NCBI GenBank assembly: GCA_003228405.1
Contig: QIDK01000044.1
Location: 1-50,058 of the forward strand
Origin: Gammaproteobacteria bacterium
GTDB lineage: Bacteria > Pseudomonadota > Gammaproteobacteria > SZUA-229
DNA: 50,058 nucleotides
Reading direction: 5' to 3'
Program-made: the position numbers and the translations under genes
The notes under the pieces: generated by a model
The model's database searches: none
What the model was told of the DNA's origin: nothing
The model's input: only the letters and a program-made list of their open reading frames with translations
Part shown: piece after piece, positions 36,250 through 46,822 of the stretch
Layout: every line of letters begins with the position of its first letter
Position numbering within the stretch: the first letter of the stretch is position 1

Positions 36250-38283
36250 TTAATTCGTGGTATTTAATTTTGCCCATTCCTTATCCGCTTCAAATCTCTC
36301 TCCATATCTGTCCTTAAGCTGATTTAAGCGGCTACTTAAGTCAGCTGCTCCCTGCGCATAAATATAATGCAGGGGCCCGCCACGGAAAGGCGCAAAGCCG
36401 GTGCCAAATATAATGCCCGCATCAATTAAGTCATCACCTTCCACTACTTTTTCACGTTTACAGGCAGTGGTTTCATTTAGTAAGCGCATAATCATTCTGT
36501 CCTGCAGTTCCTGCATATTTCCATAACTGGCATTTTTATTTTTTATGGGCCGGCCTTTACTCCACTTATAAAAACCCTCGCCGGTTTTTTTACCCAGCTT
36601 TTTGTTTTCTACCATAGACTGCATTTTTTTCGGTAAGCTCAGGGTGTCACCCGCAGATAATATAGTCGCGACAGATTTACACACATCCAGACCGACTGTG
36701 TCTGCCAGTTCAATTGGCCCCATCGGCATGCCAAACTGTAAAGCGGCTTTATCAACCATTTCCGGTGCTATGCCTTCACTCACCATTTCTACCGCTTCCA
36801 TCAAATAGGGCATAAGTATGCGATTAACCAGGAAGCCAGGAGAACTTTTCACCGGCAGTGGAAGTTTGTCAATTTGCCTGCCGAAGGCCAGTGATTTTTT
36901 CATGGTGTCATCGCTGGTATTTTCACCACGCACAATTTCAACCAGTGGCATCAGCGCCACCGGGTTAAAGAAGTGTATGCCAACTAAGCGTTCGGGTTGT
37001 TCGAGGCAGGTGGATAATTCTTCCAGTGGAATGCTGGATGTATTGGTTGCCAGTATTGAGCCAGCTTTCATGTGCGGTTCAATTTCTTTATACAAAGACT
37101 GTTTTACATCTTTATCTTCAAATATGGCTTCGATAATTAAATCTGCGTGGGCAATGCCCATGCCTGTGGTGTCAGGAATTAAACGATCCATGGCTTCACG
37201 AATAGAACGCCTGTCTTTTTTGAATTTCTTTTTAAACATGTGCATGGAGCGCTTCATGGTGCCTGCCAGTGCTTCTGCTTTCTGATCCTGCACGGTGACA
37301 CGAAAGCCACGTAATGCACACCAGGCAGCAATGTCTCCCCCCATTACACCGCCACCAATAACATGTATATGGGCGGGTTTAAAATCTTTTTTATTTCCCT
37401 GGGTTTTTAATTCTTCCTGTAAGAAAAAAACCCGTACCAGATTTGTTGCGGTATCATCGGTGAATAAACTGGCGACCGATTCAATTTCTTTTTCAAGCAT
37501 ACGCCGCGGATTGTCCATATGGCTCTGCCATAAATCAATTAGCTTATAAGGTGCAGGGTAGTGTTGTCTGGCGGCTTTTTTAGCGACCTGTTTACGCATC
37601 TGTTTTGCAATAAACGGGCGCACCAGTCGGTGGTTCATTATTCTATCTTTTAGCGGCAGTTGCCTGTGCCTGGGTCGGTTGATAACAAAATATCGAGCAG
37701 CACGTTTTAACTGGCGTCTGGGTACCAGGTCATCTACCAGCCCCATTCTTTTTGCTGCACGGCCCTGTAATAAACGGCCGCTGAGCATGGCATTCATTGC
37801 TGCCATTGGGCCGGCTTTCTGTATGCTTCTCACGGTGCCGCCATAACCCGGATGAATGCCGAGTTTTACTTCGGGCAAACCGACTCGAGTTGATTTGTTA
37901 TCGCACATAACCCGGTATGTGCAGGCAAGGGCTAACTCCATACCACCACCCAAGCAATAGCCATCAATTGCCGCAACCGTAGTGCAGGGCAGGCTTTCAA
38001 TTTTATTCATTACCGTGTGGCCACGGTTTAACATTTCTATGGCCTGCTCATGGGTAGTGACTTTTGTGAACTCTTTTATATCTGCACCGGCGATAAAACC
38101 ATTGCTTTTATCACTAATAAAGATAATGCCCGCCGGTAAAGACTGGGCCAGATCATTTAAAACATCGTCAAGTTCGTCAAGTACATCAGAGCGTAAAATA
38201 TTGGTGCTGGAACCCGCAACATCTAAATGTAACCAGCAAATATCTTCATCGTCTTTTTCTATCTTCCAGTTTTTATATGACAT
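36250..38283 (-). CDS. fadJ: Fatty-acid oxidation complex alpha subunit (enoyl-CoA hydratase / 3-hydroxyacyl-CoA dehydrogenase), FadJ-like
   Basis: N-terminal crotonase fold (FIAGADIKEF) and a central NAD-binding VIGGGVMGGDIA. It lies downstream of a FadI-like thiolase, which is the fadI-fadJ gene order. Confidence 0.85.
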   Translation of the reverse strand: MSYKNWKIEKDDEDICWLHLDVAGSSTNILRSDVLDELDDVLNDLAQSLPAGIIFISDKSNGFIAGADIKEFTKVTTHEQAIEMLNRGHTVMNKIESLPCTTVAAIDGYCLGGGMELALACTYRVMCDNKSTRVGLPEVKLGIHPGYGGTVRSIQKAGPMAAMNAMLSGRLLQGRAAKRMGLVDDLVPRRQLKRAARYFVINRPRHRQLPLKDRIMNHRLVRPFIAKQMRKQVAKKAARQHYPAPYKLIDLWQSHMDNPRRMLEKEIESVASLFTDDTATNLVRVFFLQEELKTQGNKKDFKPAHIHVIGGGVMGGDIAAWCALRGFRVTVQDQKAEALAGTMKRSMHMFKKKFKKDRRSIREAMDRLIPDTTGMGIAHADLIIEAIFEDKDVKQSLYKEIEPHMKAGSILATNTSSIPLEELSTCLEQPERLVGIHFFNPVALMPLVEIVRGENTSDDTMKKSLAFGRQIDKLPLPVKSSPGFLVNRILMPYLMEAVEMVSEGIAPEMVDKAALQFGMPMGPIELADTVGLDVCKSVATILSAGDTLSLPKKMQSMVENKKLGKKTGEGFYKWSKGRPIKNKNASYGNMQELQDRMIMRLLNETTACKREKVVEGDDLIDAGIIFGTGFAPFRGGPLHYIYAQGAADLSSRLNQLKDRYGERFEADKEWAKLNTTN

Positions 38284-38357
38284 GTTCTGTTTTCCGTGTT
38301 CCAGGTTATTTATTGGTTTGGTGGATCAGACGCAGCAGACCCTCCGATATTTTTATA

Positions 38358-39656
38358 TTAAACGCTCTCAATCATCATAGCACCACCCTGACCACCGCCG
38401 ATGCATAAGCTGGCGATGCCTCGTTGGGTTTTATTGCGTTTTAAGGTGTTGGCCAAATGCAGAACAATTCGAGCGCCACTGGCACCCACCGGGTGTCCCA
38501 GGCTTACCCCGCCGCCATCAACATTTAGATGTTCATGGGGAATTTCACCGAGTGCGTCTTTAATGCCTAATTCTTTTTTACAGAAGTCTTTGTCTTTCCA
38601 GGCTTCAATGCAGCCTAATACCTGCCCGGCAAAAGCTTCATTAATTTCCCAGCTATCAATATCGGCAATACTGAGTTTATTGCGTTTCATAATAGGGGCC
38701 ATTGCATGAACCGGGCCCAGGCCCATCTGGCTCGGGTTTAATCCTGCCCATTGCGAATCGGTAAATTTTGCCAGCACGGGTAAGTTATGTTTAGTGACTG
38801 CTTTTTCAGAAGCCACCAGCAGCATGGCTGCACCATCGGTAATCTGTGCACTATTACCCGGTGTAACCAGGCCGTATTTTCTATCAAAATAAGGTTTAAG
38901 TTTTGCCAGGTTCGGCATAGACGAATCTCGACGAATGCCGTCATCAAAGTCAAAATAGGCTCCCGCATTATCATATATCGCTTCAATTTCATGTAAATGA
39001 CCGTTATCCGTAGCTGCGGCCAGGCGCTGATGGCTGGTGACAGAAAATTCATCCATCTGCTCCCGGCTAATGCCAAAACGGTAGGCAATTTCTTCTGTAG
39101 TCTGGCCCATGGATAAACCCACAATCGGGTCACTTAAACCACGCACCAGTGCAATAATGGGTGTTAAATGTGCAGGGCGTAATTGCGCAAAGGCGGCAAC
39201 TTTTTTACCCAGTGTTCTGGCGCCCATAAATACACTTAACCAGTTGACCATTAAATCATTAAATAAAACAGGTGCACGGCTCATTGCTTCCGTGCCGCCC
39301 GCAAGAATTAAATCGGCTTTGCCGTTTTTAATATTCTGATAGGCGCAATCCAAAGCCTGCATACCCGAGGCACAGTTTCGTTGCACTGTCCATGCGGGTA
39401 CATTTTGCGGAATGCCCAGGCGCAGGGCAATGACGCGTGCAATATTGGCTTCATCTGCGGTTGGCATGACACAACCTACAATCACTTCATCCAGCTTTGC
39501 CAGGTCAAATTCATTTTGTAGTAATAATGGTCGAGCGGCAGCTACTGCAAGGTCAGATGCAAGAAATGGCCCTGGTTTGCCTTTGGCCTTTAAAAAGGGA
39601 GTGCGCTTACCATCAACTATAAAAACATCACGTTGTTTGCTCATTGAGGTTTCCAT
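38358..39656 (-). CDS. fadI: 3-ketoacyl-CoA thiolase, FadI-like
   Basis: The thiolase active-site context is present (NCASGMQAL, GGGVSLGHPVGASGARI, CIGGGQGGAMMIE). The 432-aa length, with an internal insertion, resembles FadI rather than FadA. Confidence 0.85.
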   Translation of the reverse strand: METSMSKQRDVFIVDGKRTPFLKAKGKPGPFLASDLAVAAARPLLLQNEFDLAKLDEVIVGCVMPTADEANIARVIALRLGIPQNVPAWTVQRNCASGMQALDCAYQNIKNGKADLILAGGTEAMSRAPVLFNDLMVNWLSVFMGARTLGKKVAAFAQLRPAHLTPIIALVRGLSDPIVGLSMGQTTEEIAYRFGISREQMDEFSVTSHQRLAAATDNGHLHEIEAIYDNAGAYFDFDDGIRRDSSMPNLAKLKPYFDRKYGLVTPGNSAQITDGAAMLLVASEKAVTKHNLPVLAKFTDSQWAGLNPSQMGLGPVHAMAPIMKRNKLSIADIDSWEINEAFAGQVLGCIEAWKDKDFCKKELGIKDALGEIPHEHLNVDGGGVSLGHPVGASGARIVLHLANTLKRNKTQRGIASLCIGGGQGGAMMIESV

Positions 39657-42070
39657 CCTTTATTGCTAAATTCATCTACGCTGATTGCATTGAGTGTGGC
39701 TTTATGTGCAGCCAGAATTTTATCGGCTTCTGGCTGGTCAATAATACTTTGTGAAATAGCTTCTGCAACCGCCAGGTTATAATCCGGTGTTGTAATTAAA
39801 CCAATGCGAATGGCATCACGAAACTTACGTTCTGCGTCTTCTGCATCGAGTACTTTTTGCAGGGCAAATTCTAAACGGCCCATGGAGTCTGTTGCATCTT
39901 CAGTTAAATAAATACCCTTTGTTAAACGATCCCGGGTTGAAGAAGGGGCTAGTAGCAGGCGGGCTATTTTATGTCCGAGTTTATCACTGGCGCCGCCATA
40001 GGGTTTGGTCAGTGGGAAAATCACAATATTTAAAATACTGCCGACAATGGGAATGGGGAAGTTACGCATTACAGATTTCATTGCTTCCTGAATGTTATAT
40101 AAACAGTCTTCACAGGCCCATTGCAATAAAGGTAAGTCATCCTGTTTATAACCCTGATCTTCATAGTGCTTAAGCACGGCGGTTAATAAATACATATTAG
40201 ATAGTGCATCCGCCAGTCGCCCGGATATTTTTTCCTTACGTTTTAATTCACCGCCTAATATAAGCAGGCAGGCATCAGATAACAGGGCAAAGGCAGAACT
40301 CATGCGAGTGAGTTGCTGATAGTATTTTCTAACCTTGCCTTTACCCGGTGCAGAAACAAAACGGGCATAGCTTAAACCCAGCCAGAGTGAGCGGAAAAAA
40401 TTACTGATTATAAAACCAATGTGGCCGAACAGAGCATCATCGAACAGGCGAACAGATGTGTCATGGTCAGAATGGTTTACGGCTTCTACTTCTTTTAATA
40501 TAAATGGATGGGAGCGTAATGCACCCTGGCCAAATACAATCATGGTGCGGGTTAAAATATTAGCACCCTCAACCGTAATGCTAATCGGGATGCCCTGATA
40601 GCACCGGCCTAAAAAGTTTTTCGGGCCTAAACAAATACCATGTCCGCCATGTACATCCATGGCGTGGTTAACGACAATACGCATGCGTTCTGTCATCTGG
40701 TATTTAACAATGCCGGAAATCACCGACGGGCTTTCTCCTGTATCCAGGCCTAACAGGGTCAGTTCCCGTGCCGCATTCATAATGTAGGTATTGCCTGCAA
40801 TTGCGGCGAGGGGTTCTTCTACACCTTCAAAATAACCAATAGGAATTTTAAACTGTTTGCGAATACGTGAGTAGGCACCGGTATAACGGGACACGTATTT
40901 GCCCGCACCAGTGCTCATTGCCGGTAATGAAACTGCCCGGCCTTCAGACAGGCAGTTCATTAGCATCATCCAGCCTTTGCCCACATAATCCTGCCCGCCA
41001 ATTATCCAGTCCATGGGAATGAACACATCTTTACCCCGGGTCGGGCCATTCATAAACATGTGGTTGGCAGTGAAATGACGTTTGCCAATGTCGATACCGT
41101 CTACATCGGTTTTGATGAGTGCCAGGGTAATACCAATGTCGGTTTCTTCACCGATTAAATGATCCGGGTCATAGAGCTTAAAGGCCAGGCCTAATACGGT
41201 GGCTATCGGGGCCAGGGTAATATAACGTTTATCCCAGTTAAGGCGAATGCCTAAAACATTTTCTTCTTCATTAAACGTATCACGACAGATAATACCCGTG
41301 TCGGGCATGGCTCCGGCATCACTTCCATTCTCCGGGCCGGTTAAGGCAAAGCAGGGAATTTCATCACCACTGGATAAACGGGGCAGGTAAAAATCTTTCT
41401 GCTCTTCTGTGCCGTAGTGCATGAGTAATTCACCGGGGCCTAGCGAGTTAGGCACCATTATGGTAACGGCTGCGGTTATGCTTCGACCGGCAATTTTCAT
41501 GACCACACTGGAATGGCCCAACGCTGAAAATTCGAGCCCACCATAGGATTTGGGAATAATCATGGCAAAAAATTTATGTTTCTTTAAAAAATTCCATACC
41601 GATTTGGGTAAGTCACAGTCAACCTGATTAATTTTCCAGTCATCCAGCATGGCACAGAGTTCTTCTACCGGGCCATCAATAAATGCCTGCTCTTCTGTGC
41701 TTAGTTTCGACGGGGCCAGATCACGAATTTTTGAGTAGTCGGGGTCGCCGGAAAATAAATCAACTTCCCACCAGGTTTTTCCTGCATCCAGTGCTTCCTG
41801 CTCGGTTCTGGAAATGCTCGGCATGGCACTGCGCATAAAGTTAAGCATGGGTTCGGAAATATATTTCTGGCGGATCTGCGGCATATTGAGAGGCACGATC
41901 ACGGCCAGAAATAACCCCCATATAATCACCAGTGATGCCAGGCTTGCAGCACTGAAAAAAGTAAACAGTAATAAGACAATGCCTAGCACACCACTCCAGA
42001 TAACCTGGGGCAAACGTAAGTAGGCAGTTGCGCCTATGGTGACAATAAAAATTAATAGCCAGGTAAGCAT
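39641..42070 (-). CDS. fadE: Acyl-CoA dehydrogenase FadE (long, N-terminal membrane-anchored type)
   Basis: 809 aa. Hydrophobic N-terminus followed by PSISRTEQEALDAGKTWWE, as in E. coli FadE (PMSRTEKEAIDAGTTWWE). Its 3' end overlaps the thiolase start by 16 nt. Confidence 0.9.
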   Translation of the reverse strand: MLTWLLIFIVTIGATAYLRLPQVIWSGVLGIVLLLFTFFSAASLASLVIIWGLFLAVIVPLNMPQIRQKYISEPMLNFMRSAMPSISRTEQEALDAGKTWWEVDLFSGDPDYSKIRDLAPSKLSTEEQAFIDGPVEELCAMLDDWKINQVDCDLPKSVWNFLKKHKFFAMIIPKSYGGLEFSALGHSSVVMKIAGRSITAAVTIMVPNSLGPGELLMHYGTEEQKDFYLPRLSSGDEIPCFALTGPENGSDAGAMPDTGIICRDTFNEEENVLGIRLNWDKRYITLAPIATVLGLAFKLYDPDHLIGEETDIGITLALIKTDVDGIDIGKRHFTANHMFMNGPTRGKDVFIPMDWIIGGQDYVGKGWMMLMNCLSEGRAVSLPAMSTGAGKYVSRYTGAYSRIRKQFKIPIGYFEGVEEPLAAIAGNTYIMNAARELTLLGLDTGESPSVISGIVKYQMTERMRIVVNHAMDVHGGHGICLGPKNFLGRCYQGIPISITVEGANILTRTMIVFGQGALRSHPFILKEVEAVNHSDHDTSVRLFDDALFGHIGFIISNFFRSLWLGLSYARFVSAPGKGKVRKYYQQLTRMSSAFALLSDACLLILGGELKRKEKISGRLADALSNMYLLTAVLKHYEDQGYKQDDLPLLQWACEDCLYNIQEAMKSVMRNFPIPIVGSILNIVIFPLTKPYGGASDKLGHKIARLLLAPSSTRDRLTKGIYLTEDATDSMGRLEFALQKVLDAEDAERKFRDAIRIGLITTPDYNLAVAEAISQSIIDQPEADKILAAHKATLNAISVDEFSNKGWKPQ

Positions 42071-42364
42071 GATGTTCTCCTAATTAATACATGCGATTTA
42101 AATATGTTATTTCTTTATTGTTAAGAGCGCTAACAATTTATCGAGCTGCTCTTAAGTTAAATCGTCTGGAATACCGGGGAAATTAGAATATCTGCGTTTA
42201 ATTTCCTTCAGCTCCATTATCTGCTGGTTAAAACTTAATACTCTGTAGCGGTTGTCTGAGAAAAATAGCTTTTATTAATTCTCAGCTGTTTGCAACTCTT
42301 TAGAAAACGGCTGTGTAAAAAAGTTGCAATGCAATCATAAATTAATGTGTGTCTGCAGGTGCAC

Positions 42365-43195
42365 TTATACCTCTTTTGTTTCTGGAATTTCTATATCTTT
42401 TTCCACGGCATGTATTTTCTTTTCAACCGATTCTACAATTCTACTGGGTGCCGGCATGGTTAAATCCTGCTCATCATTTAACTCTACACCATCTTTACCC
42501 CAGGGCATTTTCCGGTAAACAGCCAGTTCATCAAAGTCCAGAATCGGATACTTAATGATATCGAAATAGGGTGAATAATCAAAATCTTTTGGGGTGATTA
42601 ACTGTGTATTACGTTTATACATAATTAACTGCCCATCATCGTTACGGTGCAACACGGGTAAAACAGGGTAGTGAACCGATGCAAAAGCTTCGGCCATCAT
42701 GGTTGAGCAAACTGTGTGCGTAGGGGTGCCTGCATTGTGTTCAAATAAACTGGAGCGCCAGCGTCTGGGGAGTACGGCATAGGGAAATAAAAAACGCGCC
42801 AGATCAAGAATCTGTCGCACATTATAATTAGTGCCCAGGCGATTAATGGAATAGGCGATAACTTTTTGTGAATCGGTGCGGGTGATGCTGGTGGGGCGAC
42901 AGATGCGCAGATGATCTTCCCGGTATTTGCCGATGCTATCAACGATAGTTCCTTCACCCAGCTCTGTTTCAATGATCAGCTGATCATCTGGTTCACCCTT
43001 ATAAAATTTCAGTATAAATTCACGTAATACCGGGTCATCAATATTATGCAGGCGACCAATATAAATAGCCGAGTGAGTCCAGTTGCTCAGGGTGATGGTT
43101 TTAATGATTTCACTCACCGGTGAGCGTCCTTCCACTAAAATCACATCACCTGGACGAATCTCATAACGCAGGCGATCAAAGTCTGACAGGGGCAT
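42365..43195 (-). CDS. YiiX-like permuted papain/NlpC-P60-superfamily protein
   Basis: PGDVILVEGRSPVSEIIKTITLSNWTHSAIYIG, with a later HTVCSTMMAEAF, parallels the YiiX pattern (PGDLIF..S..SKAIQLAT.S.YSH.G ... YCSEVVWKVY). Confidence 0.6.
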   Translation of the reverse strand: MPLSDFDRLRYEIRPGDVILVEGRSPVSEIIKTITLSNWTHSAIYIGRLHNIDDPVLREFILKFYKGEPDDQLIIETELGEGTIVDSIGKYREDHLRICRPTSITRTDSQKVIAYSINRLGTNYNVRQILDLARFLFPYAVLPRRWRSSLFEHNAGTPTHTVCSTMMAEAFASVHYPVLPVLHRNDDGQLIMYKRNTQLITPKDFDYSPYFDIIKYPILDFDELAVYRKMPWGKDGVELNDEQDLTMPAPSRIVESVEKKIHAVEKDIEIPETKEV

Positions 43196-43463
43196 TTGTG
43201 TGTTGTCATGGTTAGTGGTTAACCATTCGACAATTTTGTCCCAGATAGAATTTTGCAGTTTACTGAAAATATTCAGTGGCCTGTACTCCGTTTCGTTTTT
43301 ATTATAATTGAATAGACCGTATTTATACTTATGAGTTTAGTCAATTTTGCATTGTTTTACTGGTTAAATGTCAGCTTTTATACCCCGGTTGAGAGCTTAT
43401 GCCTGTATGCCAGGCTCGCACTAACAGCAATATTTACATTGTATGTGCGAATGAGTGAATATG

Positions 43464-44585
43464 CTAATAATCTTCAACCCATTCAGCCAGTTGACTAAAC
43501 TGAGTCCGGGGCGTGTAGTAATGGGGTGAAAATCGAATTCCACCCCCCCGAGGCGAGCAAACCACGCCTTTTTCAACGAGATGCTGATAAAGTTGCTGAT
43601 TATCCACTCCCTGTATATTAAAGGTAAAAATGCCCCCATGTCGCAGCGGGTCGGTGGGGCTTAATATATTGATGCCCGCTAAGGGTTTAAACAGGTAGAT
43701 TAAAGACTGAATATGATCAATAACGGTTTTTTCAATCGCTGGCATGCCCTGCTTAAGCAGTAACTGTATACTGGCATGTAATGCATGGCAGCAGAGCATA
43801 TTAGGGCTGCCACATTCAAATCGCCGTGCAGTGCTGGCGGGTTGCCAGTTTTGCATGGCACTGAAATCTGATAAATCATCTACCATATGCCAGCCAAATT
43901 GCTGCAATGTGAGCTCATGCATAGCCGACTGTTTGCAGTAAAACAGAGCCAGTCCCTCCGGGCCGAGCATCCACTTATGGCCATCGGCAATAGCAAAATC
44001 AGCATTAATGGCCTGCACATCAAATTGCAAGGCACCAATCTGCTGAATAGCATCGACACAGTAAAGTGTATTATATGATTTACAGGCCTCACCCAGCATG
44101 CCTAAATCCATACGCAAACCCGAGGCATATTGTACTGCACTAATACTTAACAGGCGCGTGTTATCATCCATTAACGCAATTAATGCCTGCTCCGGGCTAT
44201 CGCCAGCCGATATATTAGCGATGCGTAATTCGACCCCGCGTGCCCTTAATGCATCCCATACAATAAAGTTAGATGGAAACTCCTGGTCACTAATTACAAT
44301 ATTATCACCTGGCTGCCACGCAATGCCCTGAGCAATAATCGACAGGCCTTCTGAGGTGTTTTTTAACAGGGCGATTTCATCGGCAGAGCGGGCATTGATG
44401 AGACTGGCCAGTGACTGTTTAAGCGATTGCTCAATTTTTAACCAGCGGTCATAGTGGCGGGAGCCAAGTCGGCCGTTTTCCTCTGCAAACTGTTTAACCG
44501 CCTCAACCGTGCATTTAGGCCAGGGAGCCACGGCGGCATGATTGACGTAAATTAGCTCAGGGTTCAGATTAAAGTCATTATGCAT
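43464..44585 (-). CDS. Class V aminotransferase-fold PLP-dependent enzyme (cysteine desulfurase/epimerase-like)
   Basis: 373 aa. The PLP-lysine context is ADGHKWMLGPEG, and the N-terminal IYVNHAAVAP is typical of the family. Confidence 0.8.
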   Translation of the reverse strand: MHNDFNLNPELIYVNHAAVAPWPKCTVEAVKQFAEENGRLGSRHYDRWLKIEQSLKQSLASLINARSADEIALLKNTSEGLSIIAQGIAWQPGDNIVISDQEFPSNFIVWDALRARGVELRIANISAGDSPEQALIALMDDNTRLLSISAVQYASGLRMDLGMLGEACKSYNTLYCVDAIQQIGALQFDVQAINADFAIADGHKWMLGPEGLALFYCKQSAMHELTLQQFGWHMVDDLSDFSAMQNWQPASTARRFECGSPNMLCCHALHASIQLLLKQGMPAIEKTVIDHIQSLIYLFKPLAGINILSPTDPLRHGGIFTFNIQGVDNQQLYQHLVEKGVVCSPRGGGIRFSPHYYTPRTQFSQLAEWVEDY

Positions 44586-44714
44586 ACTGGGTTCATTTTT
44601 TAAGTTTATTCAACAATAACACTATTTATAGCCTGGCTGTAGCTGTGCCTGATAATCATGATATTCTTGTGTGTATTACCGAAAGGCTTATCTGCACACA
44701 CAATAAGGTTTGTT

Positions 44715-45182
44715 ATGCCCATAGAAATCGAACGAAAATTTTTATTAAAAAACAATGACTGGCGAGATGAGGTAAGCCGCTCTAGCCGAATTCGTCAGGC
44801 ATATATGGGAGAAATAGACAAGGCCTCGGTGAGAATACGGGTGCAGGGGCAGAAGGCAAATATCAATATTAAAAGTGCTAGCCTGGCGATGCGACGGCTG
44901 GAATATGAATATGAGATACCATTAGCTGAAGCCGAAGAAATGCTCGACCAGTTCTGCAATCAGCCACAGATAGATAAAACCCGGTTTATTGTAGAGCAGG
45001 GCAGGCATAAGTGGGAAATTGATGAGTTTTATGGTGATAACGAAGGCCTAATTGTGGCTGAAATAGAATTAAGCGATGAAGCCGAAGTATTTGAAAAACC
45101 GGCATGGATCGGCGAAGAAGTGACCGAAGACCCGAGATACTATAATGTGAATTTGATTAAGCATACATTTAAAAACTGGTAG
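44715..45182 (+). CDS. CYTH domain protein (CyaB/ThTPase-type triphosphate tunnel enzyme)
   Basis: It starts MPIEIERKFLL, which contains the ExExK signature. 155 aa. I chose the ATG at 44715 over the longer ORF start. Confidence 0.8.
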   Translation: MPIEIERKFLLKNNDWRDEVSRSSRIRQAYMGEIDKASVRIRVQGQKANINIKSASLAMRRLEYEYEIPLAEAEEMLDQFCNQPQIDKTRFIVEQGRHKWEIDEFYGDNEGLIVAEIELSDEAEVFEKPAWIGEEVTEDPRYYNVNLIKHTFKNW

Positions 45183-45232
45183 GGGTCTGATTCTGAGCTA
45201 TCTTCAGTAAATAGTCTTAAAATCAAAAAGAT

Positions 45233-45466
45233 AAAGGCATTTTGACCTCAAATGAACGCTAAAGCACGCAAATTTTTTTACTGTGTGTCTACACTCGCAA
45301 AATTAGTGTATCCCTGACACATCAAAGCAAAATCGTTAATTGGGTGTGGTGTGCTGTGAGAAATAGTCCTTTCATGAAATACCGGAAGCTTGCTTACCCT
45401 GCCAGGGACGGCGAGCAACATTACTAATTAGCGTGTTTTGCGTTCATTTGCGGTAAAAATGCTTTT
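45233..45466. repeat. MITE-like repeat family B, copy 2
   Basis: It shares TIRs (..CTCAAATGAACGC ... GCGTTCATTTGCGGTAAAAATGCTTTT) and an internal core with 26553-26737. It has about 45 extra nt near the left end. Confidence 0.8.
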
Positions 45467-45764
45467 GACTGTTAGTAAATTTCGTTGGGTAGCTCAGGGC
45501 CTCTCTCTAATGGTGCTTACTTAAGGTATTTCCTGTTGTCATGTGTTGCAGGTTGGTGCTGAGTTTACTAACCCCGGCAATAACGGTAGAACTGCCGGGC
45601 TTTGTGTATTGGTGCCAGGCTACGTAACATCAGTTATTGTGGTTATCGGGCTTAGAGTATTTGTCTGTTCTGGTTTATTTCCAGTTATCCATTTTCGAAA
45701 AGATATTCCCGTTAAAAGGCTATGCTATACTCGAAAAAATAAAAATGAAAAAGAGGGATTTATA

Positions 45765-46412
45765 GTGGCTAAAATTAAAGTCATGCTGGTAGATGACCAT
45801 GACTTAATTCGATATGGATTAAGGCGCCTGCTTGAAGATCAGCCGGGTATTGAAGTGGTGGATGAAGCGAACAGTGGTGAGCTGGCACTGGAAAAAGTGC
45901 GCAAGGTAAAACCGGATGTCATTTTAATGGATATCAATATGCCGGGTATTGGGGGCTTTGAAGCTACCAGCCGGCTCAGTAAAACCCACCCCGAATCTAA
46001 AGTTATTGTGCTCACTGTGCACAGCGAAGGGCCACTTCCAAAACGATTACTTGAAGCCGGTGCGGTTGGTTATTTAACCAAAGGTTGCCCGGTGGAAGAG
46101 ATGGTAGAAGCTATTCAAAAAGTGAATGCAGGTAAGCGCTATATTGCACCGACTATTGCCCAGCAATTAGCGCTTTCTATGCTGCCCGGAGAGGAGTCGC
46201 TGATTGATGTTCTGTCACAACGTGAGCTGCAGGTGCTAATCATGATTAGCCAGGGTATGCGCACCAATACCATTTCTGAAAAGCTTTCTCTGAGCCCGAA
46301 AACTATTAGTACCTACCGCAAACGCCTGCATGAAAAACTCGATGTATCAAATGATGTCGAAATGATGCACCTGGCCATTAAGCACGGTTTATTAGAAGAT
46401 GAAAACCAATAA
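45765..46412 (+). CDS. uvrY: Two-component response regulator UvrY/GacA (NarL/FixJ family)
   Basis: GTG start 7 nt after AAGAGGGA. KVMLVDDHDLIRYGLRRLLED...DINMPGIGG...LSQRELQVLIMISQG...LSPKTISTYRKR is collinear with E. coli UvrY. It lies immediately upstream of uvrC, as in enterobacteria. Confidence 0.88.
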   Translation: MAKIKVMLVDDHDLIRYGLRRLLEDQPGIEVVDEANSGELALEKVRKVKPDVILMDINMPGIGGFEATSRLSKTHPESKVIVLTVHSEGPLPKRLLEAGAVGYLTKGCPVEEMVEAIQKVNAGKRYIAPTIAQQLALSMLPGEESLIDVLSQRELQVLIMISQGMRTNTISEKLSLSPKTISTYRKRLHEKLDVSNDVEMMHLAIKHGLLEDENQ

Positions 46413-46487
46413 AAAACAATGACATAAGTTACTTATTAAAGGTGACCTATTATTCAAATGCTGGCTCAATCGATAAAATCTGCAGTA

Positions 46488-46520
46488 AAACACCCGTTTA
46501 TAGCGGGTGTTTATGGTTTT
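46488..46520 (+). terminator. Rho-independent terminator after uvrY
   Basis: Hairpin ACACCCG-tttatag-CGGGTGT followed by a T-rich tract, TTATGGTTTT. Confidence 0.65.
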
Positions 46521-46822
46521 GCGTAAATTAATCAGATTTCTTCAAACATAAATTATTATAAATCAATAAGATACAATATATATTTAAAGTAAAATATTTT
46601 TACACTGCATTGCTTTTTACGGCTGTTTTTAGCAATAATTAGAACCCGTGGAACACTTATCGCAGACGGCATAAAACCCAATAGATGAAGCACAGCAGGC
46701 CAGAAAAATAATGAAGCCCTGCCCTGAAAATAATTGTGCAGAAGCACCAGCCCATTAAAATTACAAAGCAAAAACACACAGCAAAAATACACAAGCAATG
46801 ACCACTATGGTTAAATACCTGA

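Noticed and set aside
36818-37285. 155-aa plus-strand ORF, and many similar 60-130-aa ORFs antisense to fadJ, fadI, fadE, dapE, the RND pump and others
   Set aside because: These are classic shadow ORFs lying wholly inside well-supported genes on the opposite strand or in other frames. Their composition is Ser/Arg/Leu-biased and they carry no motifs.
42100-42170. Operator for a fatty-acid regulator (FadR/PsrA-like) upstream of fadE
   Set aside because: Inverted repeats are present: ATTGTTA-agagcgc-TAACAAT, and TTAAGAGC...GCTCTTAA. I cannot match them to a known FadR or PsrA consensus from memory, and no regulator gene is adjacent, so this is too speculative to list as a feature.
45543-45764. 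74-aa N-terminal extension of the uvrY ORF
   Set aside because: Receiver domains of UvrY/GacA start right at the (K)VMLVDDH segment. A strong AAGAGGGA Shine-Dalgarno precedes the GTG at 45765. The extension also overlaps a terminator-like hairpin (CCCGGCA-N13-TGCCGGG).
46413-46822. Csr/Rsm-type sRNA next to uvrY(gacA)
   Set aside because: Such RNAs carry many GGA/ANGGA motifs in hairpin loops. This spacer has essentially none.
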